Positions 9,902 to 21,000 of a DNA stretch of 64,000 nt are shown here, in pieces. The translations under genes and the position numbers were made by a program. Position 1 is the first letter of the stretch. The number at the start of each line of letters is the position of its first letter. The DNA lies in NCBI GenBank assembly GCA_035327305.1, contig DAOLDL010000003.1, positions 76 to 64,075 of the forward strand, given 5' to 3'. Origin of the DNA: Kiritimatiellia bacterium. GTDB taxonomy: Bacteria; Verrucomicrobiota; Kiritimatiellia; CAIVKH01. The notes below the pieces were generated by a model. The model did no database searches. It was not told the DNA's origin and saw only the letters and a program-made list of their open reading frames with translations.

Positions 9902-12721
9902 ATGAGCAGGTCATTGTTAAAAGCCGTCATGATAAAAATCAGGTATGGCGTGACGAAGCCGGCCATGCTTCTCGCTGTTGCGTGTTCTTTTCCCGTATTC
10001 GCGCAGAATCATTCCATCGAATCCGGCGAGCGCCTGCTTCGCGTAACCGGTGATCGCAATTATCCGCCGTACTGCTTCCTTGACAATGGCATACCCGCGG
10101 GATTTGACATCGACATCATTCGCGCGGTTGCTGAAGCCGTGGATTTCAAACTTGAAATTGAATTAAAGGCGTGGAGTGATGCGCGACACCGCCTTGAAAC
10201 CGGCCGGGCTGATGTCATTCCGGGCATGGCTCGCATTCCATTGCGGGAAGACGATTACGACTTTACGATCCCAACCAAACAGTTGCTTTTCGATCTGTTT
10301 GTGCCGCGGAACTCCGCGATCAAAACCCTGGAGGATGCACGCCACGCCGCCATTCTCATTCAAAAATCCGGCGTTATGTATGACCTGATACGGAGCGAAG
10401 GCATTATAACCAACCTCATACCGGTCGCGGATGCACCGGAAGCCATCACGATGCTGGCCGGCGGGCAATACGACGGAGCCATTGTAAACCTCATGCAGGG
10501 TTATGAGGTATTACAGAAAATGAACGAAAGAAATATTGTACGCCTTCGCTTGACGTTGCCCTCCATTTCCTACTGTATGGCAACCAGAAAAGGCGAGGCG
10601 TCACTCGTTGATCTGCTGAATGTCGGGTTGAACATCATCAAAGCTGAAGGAACCTATCGCGAAATATACGATAAGTGGTTTGGCATTTACGAAGATGAGG
10701 GTGCGAAAATCGAATCGAGATATATTTTCATCCCTCTTGGCGTTATTCTGATTCTATTAGTCCTGCTGTTCTGGATACATCGCACGCTTAAAAATACCAT
10801 TCGCCGGCATACCGCGGAACTGCGGATGATCATTGATCTCATTCCCCACCCGATTTATGCGCGGGACCGGCAGGGAAATTATATACTGGCCAACCAGGCC
10901 ATGGCCTCGTTGTCCGGCATTGAGCTGAAAGACATCATTGGCAAACATTTCACGGAAATTCATCCGCCCGAAAATCATCATGCGGATTATCTGCAGGAGG
11001 ATCGCGAAGTATTCGAAAAGCATATATCGGTCAATATTCCCGAAACACAATACATCGACTCCCGCGGAAGAAAACGCTTCATGCAGGTTTCCAAAATTCC
11101 ATTTCAACAAAAGGACGGAAAAGTTTTATCCGTGCTTTGCGTTGCCGTCGACATTACGGAGTTGATTGAGGCGGAAAATGCGGTGGAGTCGAGCCGCGAC
11201 GACCTGGAAATTACCCTGAATTCCATCGCCGATGGCGTTATCGCAACCAATGCTGAAGGCTTTATCATCCGCATGAATCCCGTGGCGGAAAAGTATACCG
11301 GCATCTCATCCGGTGAAGCAATTGGCCGGCCTATTGCGGGATTGATAAACCTGACAACCAACACCGGCGAACCCGTCCGACTTGACGAAATATTAACCAA
11401 GGCCCATGCCGAAAATGATCTCAACCGATTGATTCGCAATATGGAGATAATCAGCCGGGACGGCTCCAACCGGGATATCGCGTTCAGCTGGGCGCCCATC
11501 GTGGATCGATTCGGCGCCAGCACCGGAATGGTATATGTTATTCGCGATATAACCGAAGAGAATCGACTTAACCGACAGTTGGCGGAAACGCAAAAAATGG
11601 AATCAATCGGTCGGCTCGCCGGCGGCGTTGCCCACGATTTCAACAACCTTCTGACCGGCATCATCGGGTTTACGGAACTACTGAACATAAGCCTTGCCGA
11701 GCATCACGAGTGCCGGACTTACATCAAAGGCATTCTGGAAGCATCCGAACGCGCACGGGATCTGGTCCAACAGCTTCTGACCTTTTCGCGAAAAAATGCG
11801 CGTGAAGTCAATATGGTAAATCTTCATACCGTGATTGGACATGTAATTTCGTTATTACAACATACCATGGACCGCCGCATTACCATCTCCCGCCACCTGA
11901 ACGCCACCCGAACCAATGTCCTGGGCGACCGTTCACAGCTACAGAACGCGATTCTCAATATCGGCGTGAATGCCCGGGATGCCATGCCCGCCGGTGGTTC
12001 GCTTACCATTTCTTCAAGGGACGTAACATTATCCGCGACTGATTGCATTGATCATCCATTTAAAATCAAACCCGGCAATTACATCGAATTGACTGTTACC
12101 GACACCGGGGTTGGCATGGATAAGGAAACGCTTAACCATGCCTTCGAGCCATTTTATACCACGAAAGGGAAAATGGGCGGAACCGGCCTTGGCCTGGCCG
12201 CAGTGTATGGCACCATCAAAGAACATTTCGGTTATATCGATATCAGCAGTAAACCCGGACAAGGCACCACCATCAAACTCGGTTTCCCGACTCAAGGCGG
12301 ACAGCTTATCGCAGATGAAGTGGACGACAGTGAAATGGCGGACCCGCGCGGCAAAGGCACCATTCTGGTTGTGGATGATGAAGCTATTGTCTCCAAAATT
12401 CTGTGCGATTTATTGACCAGCCTCGGTTACCAGACAATGACTGCGGTTAATGGCCGCGACGCCTTGTCGGTTTATCAGGCCAACCGTGATAAAATCGACC
12501 TTGTCGTACTGGACATGATCATGCCGGAATTAAACGGCGAGGAAACCTACCGCGAGTTGAAAAAGATCAATCCGAAGGTAAAAGTGATCATTTGCTCCGG
12601 TTTCATTCAGGATTATGGAGTCGATGATTTGCTGAAACTGGGCATTCTTGACTTTCTGAACAAACCGTTCCGCAAAAGCGAGCTGGCCATCACCATTGCC
12701 AAGGCAATGGCCAACAAGTAA
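9902..12721 (+). CDS. Hybrid sensor histidine kinase: periplasmic solute-binding (SBP_bac_3-like) domain, TM, PAS domains, HisKA/HATPase_c and a C-terminal receiver.
   Basis: N-terminal signal peptide plus an amino-acid-binding-like domain. HisKA H-box GGVAHDFNNLL, ATPase G-boxes DTGVGMD and GTGLGL, and a receiver with VVDDE...VLDMIMP. Confidence 0.8.
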   Translation: MSRSLLKAVMIKIRYGVTKPAMLLAVACSFPVFAQNHSIESGERLLRVTGDRNYPPYCFLDNGIPAGFDIDIIRAVAEAVDFKLEIELKAWSDARHRLETGRADVIPGMARIPLREDDYDFTIPTKQLLFDLFVPRNSAIKTLEDARHAAILIQKSGVMYDLIRSEGIITNLIPVADAPEAITMLAGGQYDGAIVNLMQGYEVLQKMNERNIVRLRLTLPSISYCMATRKGEASLVDLLNVGLNIIKAEGTYREIYDKWFGIYEDEGAKIESRYIFIPLGVILILLVLLFWIHRTLKNTIRRHTAELRMIIDLIPHPIYARDRQGNYILANQAMASLSGIELKDIIGKHFTEIHPPENHHADYLQEDREVFEKHISVNIPETQYIDSRGRKRFMQVSKIPFQQKDGKVLSVLCVAVDITELIEAENAVESSRDDLEITLNSIADGVIATNAEGFIIRMNPVAEKYTGISSGEAIGRPIAGLINLTTNTGEPVRLDEILTKAHAENDLNRLIRNMEIISRDGSNRDIAFSWAPIVDRFGASTGMVYVIRDITEENRLNRQLAETQKMESIGRLAGGVAHDFNNLLTGIIGFTELLNISLAEHHECRTYIKGILEASERARDLVQQLLTFSRKNAREVNMVNLHTVIGHVISLLQHTMDRRITISRHLNATRTNVLGDRSQLQNAILNIGVNARDAMPAGGSLTISSRDVTLSATDCIDHPFKIKPGNYIELTVTDTGVGMDKETLNHAFEPFYTTKGKMGGTGLGLAAVYGTIKEHFGYIDISSKPGQGTTIKLGFPTQGGQLIADEVDDSEMADPRGKGTILVVDDEAIVSKILCDLLTSLGYQTMTAVNGRDALSVYQANRDKIDLVVLDMIMPELNGEETYRELKKINPKVKVIICSGFIQDYGVDDLLKLGILDFLNKPFRKSELAITIAKAMANK

Positions 12722-12805
12722 GACGCTCGCAAACCCGAATTGCCGGAACAATTTTGATGACCTCGGCGGTTCTCTGTCCTACATTACTCCGCTTTGAGGT
12801 AATTT

Positions 12806-13993
12806 ATGAAATTTGTTGTATTAGTAGGCGATGGCATGGGTGACTACCCCATACCAGCATTCGGAAACAGAACCATCTTGCAGGCGGCGGAAATCCCCCA
12901 CATCCGTAAGCTAGCCGCCGCCGGGCGCGTGGACATGGTACAAACCGTACCGGAATCCCTGCCTCCGGGAAGCGATGTGGCGAATTTGAGCTTGTTGGGA
13001 TACAACCCGGAACACGCCTACACCGGTCGGGCCCCCATTGAAGCCGCAGGCGCGGGCATTCCCCTCGCACCCGAAGATGTAGCCCTGCGATGCAACCTGA
13101 TCTACTCCGAAAACGGCGCCATGACGGATTATTCCGCCGGCCATATCTCCACGGAAGATGCCCACCGAATCATCCATACCCTTCAACAGGAACTGGGTCG
13201 GGATGGACTTGCGTTTCACGGGGGCATCAGTTACCGACACCTGATCATTTGGAAAAACGGCCCCATGGATGTCGTCACCCAGCCGCCGCATGACATTGCC
13301 GACAAAATAATTTCCGATTATCTGCCCAAGGGAAATCGCGCCGGGGAATTAATTGAAATCATGGAAAAATCAAAATCCATCCTGACCGACCATCCCGTTA
13401 ATCGCGAACGCAAGGATCGCGGCGAACGCCCGGTCACCCAGGCATGGCTCTGGGGACAAGGTCGGGCGCTGAAAATACCGACATATGCGGATAAATTTGG
13501 CCTGAACGGTGGAATTGTTTCTGCGGTTGACCTGGTACGCGGACTCGGCGTCCTGGCCGGACTGCAAGCGCCGCGTGTTCCCGGGGCCACGGGATTTCTC
13601 GATACCAATTTCGAGGGCAAGGTTGCCACTGCGTTTGAAATTCTTGAAAAAGGAAATTTCGTATACATCCACATTGAAGCGCCCGACGAGTGCGGTCACC
13701 TTGGCGATGCGGAAAAAAAGAAGTTGGCGGTGGAATTATTTGACCAGCGCGTGGTGGGTCCGGTTTGGAAACGGATGGAAGAAAAAGGCGAACCTTATCG
13801 CATGATTCTGGCCATGGATCATCGCACGCCGGTATCGTTGCGTGGACATTCGCGCGAACCGGTGCCCATTGCGGTTATTGATGGTCCCACGGGGCCGTTG
13901 CACCGCGAGGCGCCCTTTGACGAAACCATTGGAAACGGCAAAGCCTCCGGCATGGTTTACGAGTGGATTTCCCGGGAGTATAAACGCCCGTAA
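12806..13993 (+). CDS. apgM: Cofactor-independent phosphoglycerate mutase, archaeal type (ApgM family).
   Basis: N-terminal MKFVVLVGDGMGDYP metalloenzyme signature and about 395 aa, as expected for ApgM. Confidence 0.7.
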   Translation: MKFVVLVGDGMGDYPIPAFGNRTILQAAEIPHIRKLAAAGRVDMVQTVPESLPPGSDVANLSLLGYNPEHAYTGRAPIEAAGAGIPLAPEDVALRCNLIYSENGAMTDYSAGHISTEDAHRIIHTLQQELGRDGLAFHGGISYRHLIIWKNGPMDVVTQPPHDIADKIISDYLPKGNRAGELIEIMEKSKSILTDHPVNRERKDRGERPVTQAWLWGQGRALKIPTYADKFGLNGGIVSAVDLVRGLGVLAGLQAPRVPGATGFLDTNFEGKVATAFEILEKGNFVYIHIEAPDECGHLGDAEKKKLAVELFDQRVVGPVWKRMEEKGEPYRMILAMDHRTPVSLRGHSREPVPIAVIDGPTGPLHREAPFDETIGNGKASGMVYEWISREYKRP

Positions 13994-14005
13994 ATATTCG
14001 CAGTA

Positions 14006-15319
14006 TTACAGGCCCGCCCGTTCCAACAGTTTTTTCCGTTCACGAAAGACAGTTTTACGAAGTTCATCCTCGTCGATGGTGGTCAAACGGCCGTCTTCAT
14101 ACAGTATTTTTCCATCCACAATGGTCATTGCCACATCGGATGATAAATTGGAATAAACAACATTGGTGGCCGGATCCGTGGACGGAATTGTGCTGAAACT
14201 GTCCTGTTCAACAAGAATCATATTTGCACGTTTACCGGGATCCAACGTACCCATCTCATTTTCCCAACCCAGCAACCTCGCGCCGCCTTCCGTCGCCATC
14301 ATCACAACGTCACGAGCTGACAACGCAGACGGTCCCAAGCGGATTTTCTGCATCAATCCGGCCTCCCGCATTTCCATGAATTGATCGAGCCGGTTATTAC
14401 AAGGCGCACCATCCCCCCCAATGGATACATTAATTCCATCATTCAGATATTCCGGAATCGGAGCAATGCCTGAAGCCAGTTTGAAATTTGCCGAAGGGCA
14501 ATGCAGTACATTGGTGCCGGTTTCCTTCAACAGCGCCCGCTCATCCGCATTCGTATGCACACAGTGAGCAAGCCCCACATCCGGGCCGGTTAAGCCTACA
14601 TCATGCAGATAAATGATATTCGGGCGACCGGTCATCTTTTTCACCAAATTGATTTCCTCCTTCTGCTCGGAGCTGTGGGTGTGCAGAAGCAGACCCCGGT
14701 CTCGGGCATAGGCACAAGCATCGCGCATGTTTGACTCTGAACAACTTAACGCAAATCGCGGAGCCACGGCTAATTTCAGGCGTGAATGGTTTCCCCAGCG
14801 TTTCAAAAGCACATCGCAATACGCAAGCGCCTCATTATTATCTACGGCAATGGGATCATAACCACCGGTTTCGTCCATTAGACAATGACCGATTGCGCCC
14901 ATTAAACCAGCTGAATCAACCGCTTGGAACGCGTCTTCCGTGTGGCGGGTCGTTTCGATCGACAAAAACGCCGTCGTGCCGCCCCGGATAAGTTCAGCGC
15001 ATGTCAACAACGCTGAAGCGCGGATGGATTCGGGGTTGTGGGCCGCCTCCATAGGCCAAATATAACCTCGCAACCAGGGAAGCAATGCCAAGTCCTCAGC
15101 GATTCCCTTGAAAATGGTCTGGCAAAAATGGATATGACCTTGAACAAAACCGGGCATGACCAGGCACCCCCCGGCATCCACGATGGTCTCGGCTTTGGCG
15201 GAAAAAACGCCGACTTTTTCAATGCGGCCGTCTTTGACCAGGACCGATCCGTTTTCAATAACCTCCCGGTGCGCAGACGGCCAAACACGCGCGTTTTTTA
15301 TCAACAGGTCACCAGCCAT
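14006..15319 (-). CDS. Amidohydrolase-superfamily deaminase (MTA/SAH deaminase or chlorohydrolase-like).
   Basis: Metal-binding FVQGHIHFCQT (HxH), later HTHSSE and HCVH motifs. 437 aa, typical of the MtaD/TRZ-ATZ clade. Confidence 0.65.
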   Translation of the reverse strand: MAGDLLIKNARVWPSAHREVIENGSVLVKDGRIEKVGVFSAKAETIVDAGGCLVMPGFVQGHIHFCQTIFKGIAEDLALLPWLRGYIWPMEAAHNPESIRASALLTCAELIRGGTTAFLSIETTRHTEDAFQAVDSAGLMGAIGHCLMDETGGYDPIAVDNNEALAYCDVLLKRWGNHSRLKLAVAPRFALSCSESNMRDACAYARDRGLLLHTHSSEQKEEINLVKKMTGRPNIIYLHDVGLTGPDVGLAHCVHTNADERALLKETGTNVLHCPSANFKLASGIAPIPEYLNDGINVSIGGDGAPCNNRLDQFMEMREAGLMQKIRLGPSALSARDVVMMATEGGARLLGWENEMGTLDPGKRANMILVEQDSFSTIPSTDPATNVVYSNLSSDVAMTIVDGKILYEDGRLTTIDEDELRKTVFRERKKLLERAGL

Positions 15320-15408
15320 GAAATCACCCCTTCCATCTTTTTCCGTTCTTGCTTGGAACGGACTGCTTAATGGATTAAGTGTACATAAAAAGCGGTGGAG
15401 TTAGCACC

Positions 15409-16005
15409 ATGAAATTTTACAGAATTATACGTATTTCCCTGATTGTCGGTTTTTTGGGCACTTTAAACTCCGGTTGTGTGGTCGACCAACACGAACAACG
15501 TGTGGTCATGCAACAACAACGGGAGGATAATCTGCTGATCTTGGACGAACTGCGACGCATGCGCGGACGCCTTGATGTCATGGAAAGCGAGATTGACCGG
15601 ATTGCACAACAGGTGAACGCTGTTTCATCCGAGCAGTCGCGTGGCATGCAAGGCCAGATGCAGGGAATCAACGCCACGTTGGATGAGTTACAGCGCCGCA
15701 TTCAAGCTGTTGATGCCGCGCGCGAAAACGATAAAAAGGAAATCGTCGATTCATTGGCCCGTCGCATACAAGCTGTCATGAATACTGCTCCAACCCGCCC
15801 AACGGGAGGCGGAACATCAAGCACTCCCCGGCGACCAATCAGCAATGAAGGTTATGAGCATGTGGTACAACCCGGCGAAACGTTATCAGCCATTGCCCGC
15901 GCATACAAAGTAAGTAGCGCCGATATAGTTCAGGCCAATGGGCTGAAGAGTGCGGACGTTCTTCGGGTCGGCCAGAAGTTGTTCATACCGGCGTCGACAC
16001 CATAA
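15409..16005 (+). CDS. Lipoprotein with a coiled-coil region and a C-terminal LysM peptidoglycan-binding domain.
   Basis: Signal peptide with lipobox LNSGC. Q/R-rich coiled-coil. C-terminal LysM YEHVVQPGETLSAIARAYKVSSADIVQANGL. A GGTGGAG Shine-Dalgarno-like sequence sits upstream of the ATG at 15409. Confidence 0.7.
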   Translation: MKFYRIIRISLIVGFLGTLNSGCVVDQHEQRVVMQQQREDNLLILDELRRMRGRLDVMESEIDRIAQQVNAVSSEQSRGMQGQMQGINATLDELQRRIQAVDAARENDKKEIVDSLARRIQAVMNTAPTRPTGGGTSSTPRRPISNEGYEHVVQPGETLSAIARAYKVSSADIVQANGLKSADVLRVGQKLFIPASTP

Positions 16006-16018
16006 AAACCGGCAGGCC

Positions 16019-16879
16019 TTACACCAACTGCCTGGCCAGGGGTTCCTCTTGAAGATAAGCTTTCAAGCCATCGCGCCAGGTCGGCATAAGGCTACCGGTC
16101 CATTCGGTATACAAATCCGTTGAAAGCACCGAATAGGCCGGTCGCGGCGCGGGATAGTTAAGATTGGATGATGGCATTGGTTTTACCTGCACATCTCTCA
16201 CATTTAACAGCCGGATAATTTCCACTGCGAATTGATACCAGGAACAGGAGTCGCGAGACGCCACATGGAGAATGCCGGTTTTATCCAATCCTGCGCAATT
16301 CAACAAAGCCTCGCCCAGATGCATGGTGTACGTCGGGGATGATACCTGGTCACTAACCACGGTTAATTCTTTTTTCCCGGCAATAACCTGATTCAAAATG
16401 GCTTTGACAAAATTTCGTCCATGAATGCCATAAAGGGATTGCGCGCGGACAATCAATGCCCGTGCGCCGGAATTGCGAACCATGACTTCACCCTGCCATT
16501 TCGTCATTCCATAGACGCTCAAGGGATCCGTCGGGTCTGATTCAATGTAGTCGGTTCCTTTTTTTCCGTTAAAAACGTAGTCCGTGCTGATGTGAATCAA
16601 TTTTATATTTTTTTCCCGGCAAACCTCTGCGACGTTTCCCGCGCCATCGGCATTGATAATCCGTGCGGTGGTAATTTCTTTTTCTGCATCGTCTACACGG
16701 GTATAGGCCGCGCCGTTGATCACGACATCGCAATCCGGCAGGGTGTTTTTAACATCCATTTTATTGGTGATATCGATTTGCGGCAAATCCAACCCGGTGA
16801 ACTCAACACCTTGCCGGGAAGCCACAGCCTGCACATCCCGCCCCAGCATTCCATTTGCGCCGATATAAACAATCTTCAT
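16019..16879 (-). CDS. rfbD: dTDP-4-dehydrorhamnose reductase.
   Basis: MKIVYIGANGMLGRDV N-terminus, a YGMTK (YxxxK) catalytic motif, and about 286 aa, typical of RfbD/RmlD. Confidence 0.8.
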   Translation of the reverse strand: MKIVYIGANGMLGRDVQAVASRQGVEFTGLDLPQIDITNKMDVKNTLPDCDVVINGAAYTRVDDAEKEITTARIINADGAGNVAEVCREKNIKLIHISTDYVFNGKKGTDYIESDPTDPLSVYGMTKWQGEVMVRNSGARALIVRAQSLYGIHGRNFVKAILNQVIAGKKELTVVSDQVSSPTYTMHLGEALLNCAGLDKTGILHVASRDSCSWYQFAVEIIRLLNVRDVQVKPMPSSNLNYPAPRPAYSVLSTDLYTEWTGSLMPTWRDGLKAYLQEEPLARQLV

Positions 16880-16880
16880 A

Positions 16881-17870
16881 TTACCGTCTCAAGGCCGTAC
16901 GGATGGCGGAATCAAGATCAGCGCCTCTCAAGTTGCGGCCGATAATCACTCCGTTTCGATCAATCAAGTAGTTGGATGCATCGCCAAATATCCCCAATTC
17001 CGCAGTGAGCGAACGCGGCGCCGTGGCCAGCGTCCAACGCAATCCATTCTGATTTGCAAAGGTTCGCGCACGTTGTTCATTCGGATCAATGCTGAACCCA
17101 ATGATAGTAAATCCCTCGGCCTGATATCGTTGATGGAAAGCCTGAAGGTCATGTAATTCCCGCCGCCAAATCGTCATGCCCGGCGCCCAAAAATCAATCA
17201 AGGTCACCGTTCCACTTAACCAGCTGTTATTGACAGCCCGTCCATCCCACGAAACAGCCGAAAAGCCGGGGAATAATTGTCCCGGCGCCGTGCGCGCCCT
17301 CGCCTGCTGGACTTTCATTGCGGTAACTGAAATGGATGCATCGGCTCCCGCGCCAGGACGGGTAACCACGATCGGATCACCGGGGCCGGCCCCGCCGGAA
17401 AAATCATAAACCTGTGAGTCGTAATGACGACTTTTCTTGAATTCGTTCATGATTTCTGTAACACCGCGCTCATTGCCGTCCCGGGCATGCAATGCGGCAA
17501 TCTCATGATAAACTTTCTTCATTGACTTGACGTCTTTGTCCCGGAAGGCAGAGAGCGTTACCCGCATCAACTGCATGGCTCCGGCGCGATCCCCTCGGGC
17601 GGCAAGCACCTTGGCTTGAATGACACGTATTTCCACATACTCATCCCACTCACCCTGTTGCTGGGCCTGTTGGAGAATTCCGTCCAAATCATTGTTCACT
17701 TGATGCCACTCGGCGGCGGAATATGTTCCCTCCGACATGATCTGCAGGCGACTAAGTATTTCCGCGCGCCGCGCAGGATTCCCGAATACATGATTGGCGC
17801 AAAGGGATACCAGCAATGACAGAGTCAGTATTTTAAAGGTCCCAGGCATGTTAATAGCCACAATTTTCAT
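16881..17870 (-). CDS. Secreted TPR-containing protein with a C-terminal TlpA/redoxin-like thioredoxin fold lacking the CxxC active site.
   Basis: Signal peptide, TPR-like helical region, then LIDFWAPGMTIWRRELHDL, where canonical TlpA proteins have FWATWCGPCR. Both cysteines are replaced. Confidence 0.55.
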   Translation of the reverse strand: MKIVAINMPGTFKILTLSLLVSLCANHVFGNPARRAEILSRLQIMSEGTYSAAEWHQVNNDLDGILQQAQQQGEWDEYVEIRVIQAKVLAARGDRAGAMQLMRVTLSAFRDKDVKSMKKVYHEIAALHARDGNERGVTEIMNEFKKSRHYDSQVYDFSGGAGPGDPIVVTRPGAGADASISVTAMKVQQARARTAPGQLFPGFSAVSWDGRAVNNSWLSGTVTLIDFWAPGMTIWRRELHDLQAFHQRYQAEGFTIIGFSIDPNEQRARTFANQNGLRWTLATAPRSLTAELGIFGDASNYLIDRNGVIIGRNLRGADLDSAIRTALRR

Positions 17871-17983
17871 AATGCACCCATTAAGTTTATTGTATTTAAA
17901 CTCACTTTCGGAAGTTGATTCCCGTTATTATGCTTAAATATGCAATGGCGGGATAATAATGCAATTCCGTCCGGGCGGAAGAT

Positions 17984-18017
17984 AAAAAAAGCCCCCGGGA
18001 TTAATCGGGGGCTTTTT
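17984..18017. terminator. Bidirectional rho-independent terminator between two converging 3' ends.
   Basis: The sequence gataaaaaaaGCCCCCGggattaatCGGGGGCttttt has a 7-bp GC stem flanked by A- and T-runs on both sides. It lies immediately 3' of the minus-strand gene ending at 18038. Confidence 0.7.
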
Positions 18018-18037
18018 ACTACATCGAATAGACCCGC

Positions 18038-21000
18038 TTACGGTTGTACAAGCACCCGGATGTACTTTGATGTATCGGTCATGCTGATACCATCCTGCAA
18101 CTCGGTGGTGGAAAATGCGGTTCTCAACGGTGTGATATCCTGCCATTGCATGGAAGGTCCGGTCACTTCCGGAGAGCTTTGCACACGGTAGTTTCGCTCC
18201 TGAACCGCCTGCCATATGACTTCCACTTCGCCCGCCGAGCCGGTCATGGAAATGATTTCCAGATTGGAGTTGCTGTTGGTCGGATCCGTGCCGGCGAGAA
18301 ACTCCTCGTAATTGGTCATGCCGTCGCCATCCGAATCAACATGTGGATTCGCACCGGTAATACTGCCGAAGTGGAGGAATTCCCACCAATCCGGCAAGCC
18401 GTCACCATCGGTATCCCACGTATCGAGCATTTTGCCGGACGTGTCCGTCTTGTCGATAATCTTGAGGTATTGAGCATGCTGACCGACGTATGGATTTCCG
18501 TTCAGAATCACAACGAAACCGTCATTCATAAGCTCGTTATAGGTCTTATCGACGCCCCATATTTCCTGGGTCGGATTTGGCGATACCAGGTCCACGATAT
18601 TGTAGGAATGTCCGGCGCGGAAGCCGAACCAGTTTACGCCGGGCGTAACATCCACATTCACGTTGTACGTGTCGAAACGGTTGGTCGAAGCATCAATGTT
18701 GTTGTTCACAAACACAAAGACCACATCCTGCGAAGCCGCGCTGACACCGGCGGCCTCGAACTTGGCGAACCCGATCATGTCCGGATTCCAGCCGTTGGTA
18801 CCGGCCAGGAAGTAATTGTTCGGACTGCGCAAGGCCGGGGAAGCCAGACGCGCACGCCCGATGCGTTGATAAAACGCATGCAGTGTATTCGCCCAATCCG
18901 AGCCGTTGGCGGCAAAGTCACCGGCAATATTATTCCAAACATTGGTCATGTGGTTGTAGCGTTTGAAGTTTGGAATTGATTTATTGAAGTTTTCCTCGTA
19001 GCGGGCAAAATTGTTGCCCGGATCAATTCCGCGACCCGTATATTGCGCGGCATCATTCTGAAGTCCGGCTTCCTGGCCGTTAAAGACCATTGGCGCGCCA
19101 TCAAAACCTGAAACGGTCGCATAAGCGTATGCAATCCTCCACTGGTTGTCATGCGGCAGGATTTCATCATGAGATGTCAGATTCAACAGCAACGGTGACA
19201 ACTCAAACGCATTACGACGGTCATCAAGTTCCTTCCAGATCGGGAATGTCTTGGAGTTTGCGCCTGCGTAGTTGAAATAATTGAAGAAATTATCGCGCCA
19301 GAAGAACACGATGTTCTCATTGAGAATATCGAAGTGACGAGCGGAACGGTAGCCAACACCATGACGCTTACTGCCGCCTATTTCACGGAAACCATCCAAC
19401 GATTCCGCCATAAACAGGAAGTCCCATTTAACACTGCGCGTGCGGTTGATGGTGTATTCCCAGAATTCATTGGGCAGGCCCTGCGCAAAATCACAACGCA
19501 AACCATCGATTCCCTTATACGACTCGTTCTTGGGAGTTCCTATGGGATGGCCTGATTTTTCCAGCCAATAGATTGGATAATAAGAGAAGTACTGCCAGAC
19601 TTCGCGGGCATAGACATTCAATGGCTCCAACCGATCTTCCTCAAACAAGTATCGGTTGTACCAGCGACTGCCCCAGGCGAAGTTTGTGTCCACCGGCGCC
19701 TTGGCCACCAGCGCATCGTATACGCCAAAGTGAAAATCAGCGGCATCCGACCATTTCCCGAAGTCAATGCGATCCGGTGCAACAGCGATATCATTGTTCT
19801 GGCCACTTATGTAGTAAGTCGCCTGTTCATCGTAATTGCCCTTCTTGGAGTACCATTGCGGACGCACAACCCGGATCAGGTCGGAGGCGTTCGTGGCCCA
19901 GGCAAACATATCGACGCCCACCTGGCCGATTTCACAATCCCATGCACTGTGATTAAATGTGCCATCCAACATAACCCCTACGCCGGCGGCATCCATGGCG
20001 GCAACAAAAGCCTGAAACTCCGCCATGGCATTGGCGTCGGAAGCAGGGTCACCCAGAACGGTATTGACCCGCCAATAATTCTGCACGGCATAGGGACTGC
20101 CGGGATCGTATGGCAAGCCGGTGGTCGGATCCGTTTCGCGGCCATCCGCGCCAATCGGATGAATCGGTTGCAACCACAACATGTTCATGCCCAGATTATT
20201 GAAGTAAGCGGTATTGATGACATCCGGTTTGTTCGTGTTGACGAGATACATATCCTTGAACGTACTGCGACCGGAGAACGTATCGTTGACCGCTTCCGCA
20301 TAAACCGGATTCAATTCATAGATCGTATTTTCGCGCGCTTTGCGTGGAGAAACCACAACCGCGCAATCGCGACGCATGCCGTTGTCGGTATAATAGGCAT
20401 AAGGTCCGCCATTTACGCGATAACGGGCATTGATGCGGTACGCACCTGTACGATTGACCGGAATCGTTACACTGAACCTTCCACCGCCAATGTCATTCAT
20501 CGGGTAGGCGCGATAATACGTCGTCTGGGTGGCTGGCGTAATCAGGCTCCAATCTTCATCTCCGGGCATTACGGCGAAATCGCGCCGGTTCAAGTTTGAG
20601 AATAATTCCACATCGGAAACGGTATTGCCGACACCGACATTGGGTTCGATGATTACAGTAATGAACTGCTGATCGCCGGCCAATTCATTGATGAAGAAGC
20701 GACGAAGTCCGTAATTCGCATCGTTGGTGCTACCGTTGACCACCGTCCACATTTTCGGACTGCCGCGATCCCAATGCCCATCCAAGTCTTCATCGCGGAT
20801 GCTTTCAAGCGGTACACGTTGAAATTCCATGATGTCCAAATTATTGTCATTGTTCCAAACGAAAGGCCCTTGGGAATGGATACCGCCGCCGTCTGACGTT
20901 CCATAGGCAACTGCGGCAATGTATACAGCCTCGGGGATATAGCCGAAGGCATCAATCAAATCGATTTCACCTTCGAGGCGGTGATTGGGAGGCGTAGGAT

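Noticed and set aside
16006-16018. Possible terminator hairpin between the LysM gene and rfbD.
   Set aside because: The candidate stem (ccggcagg / cctggcc) is imperfect and the gap is only 13 nt. Not convincing.
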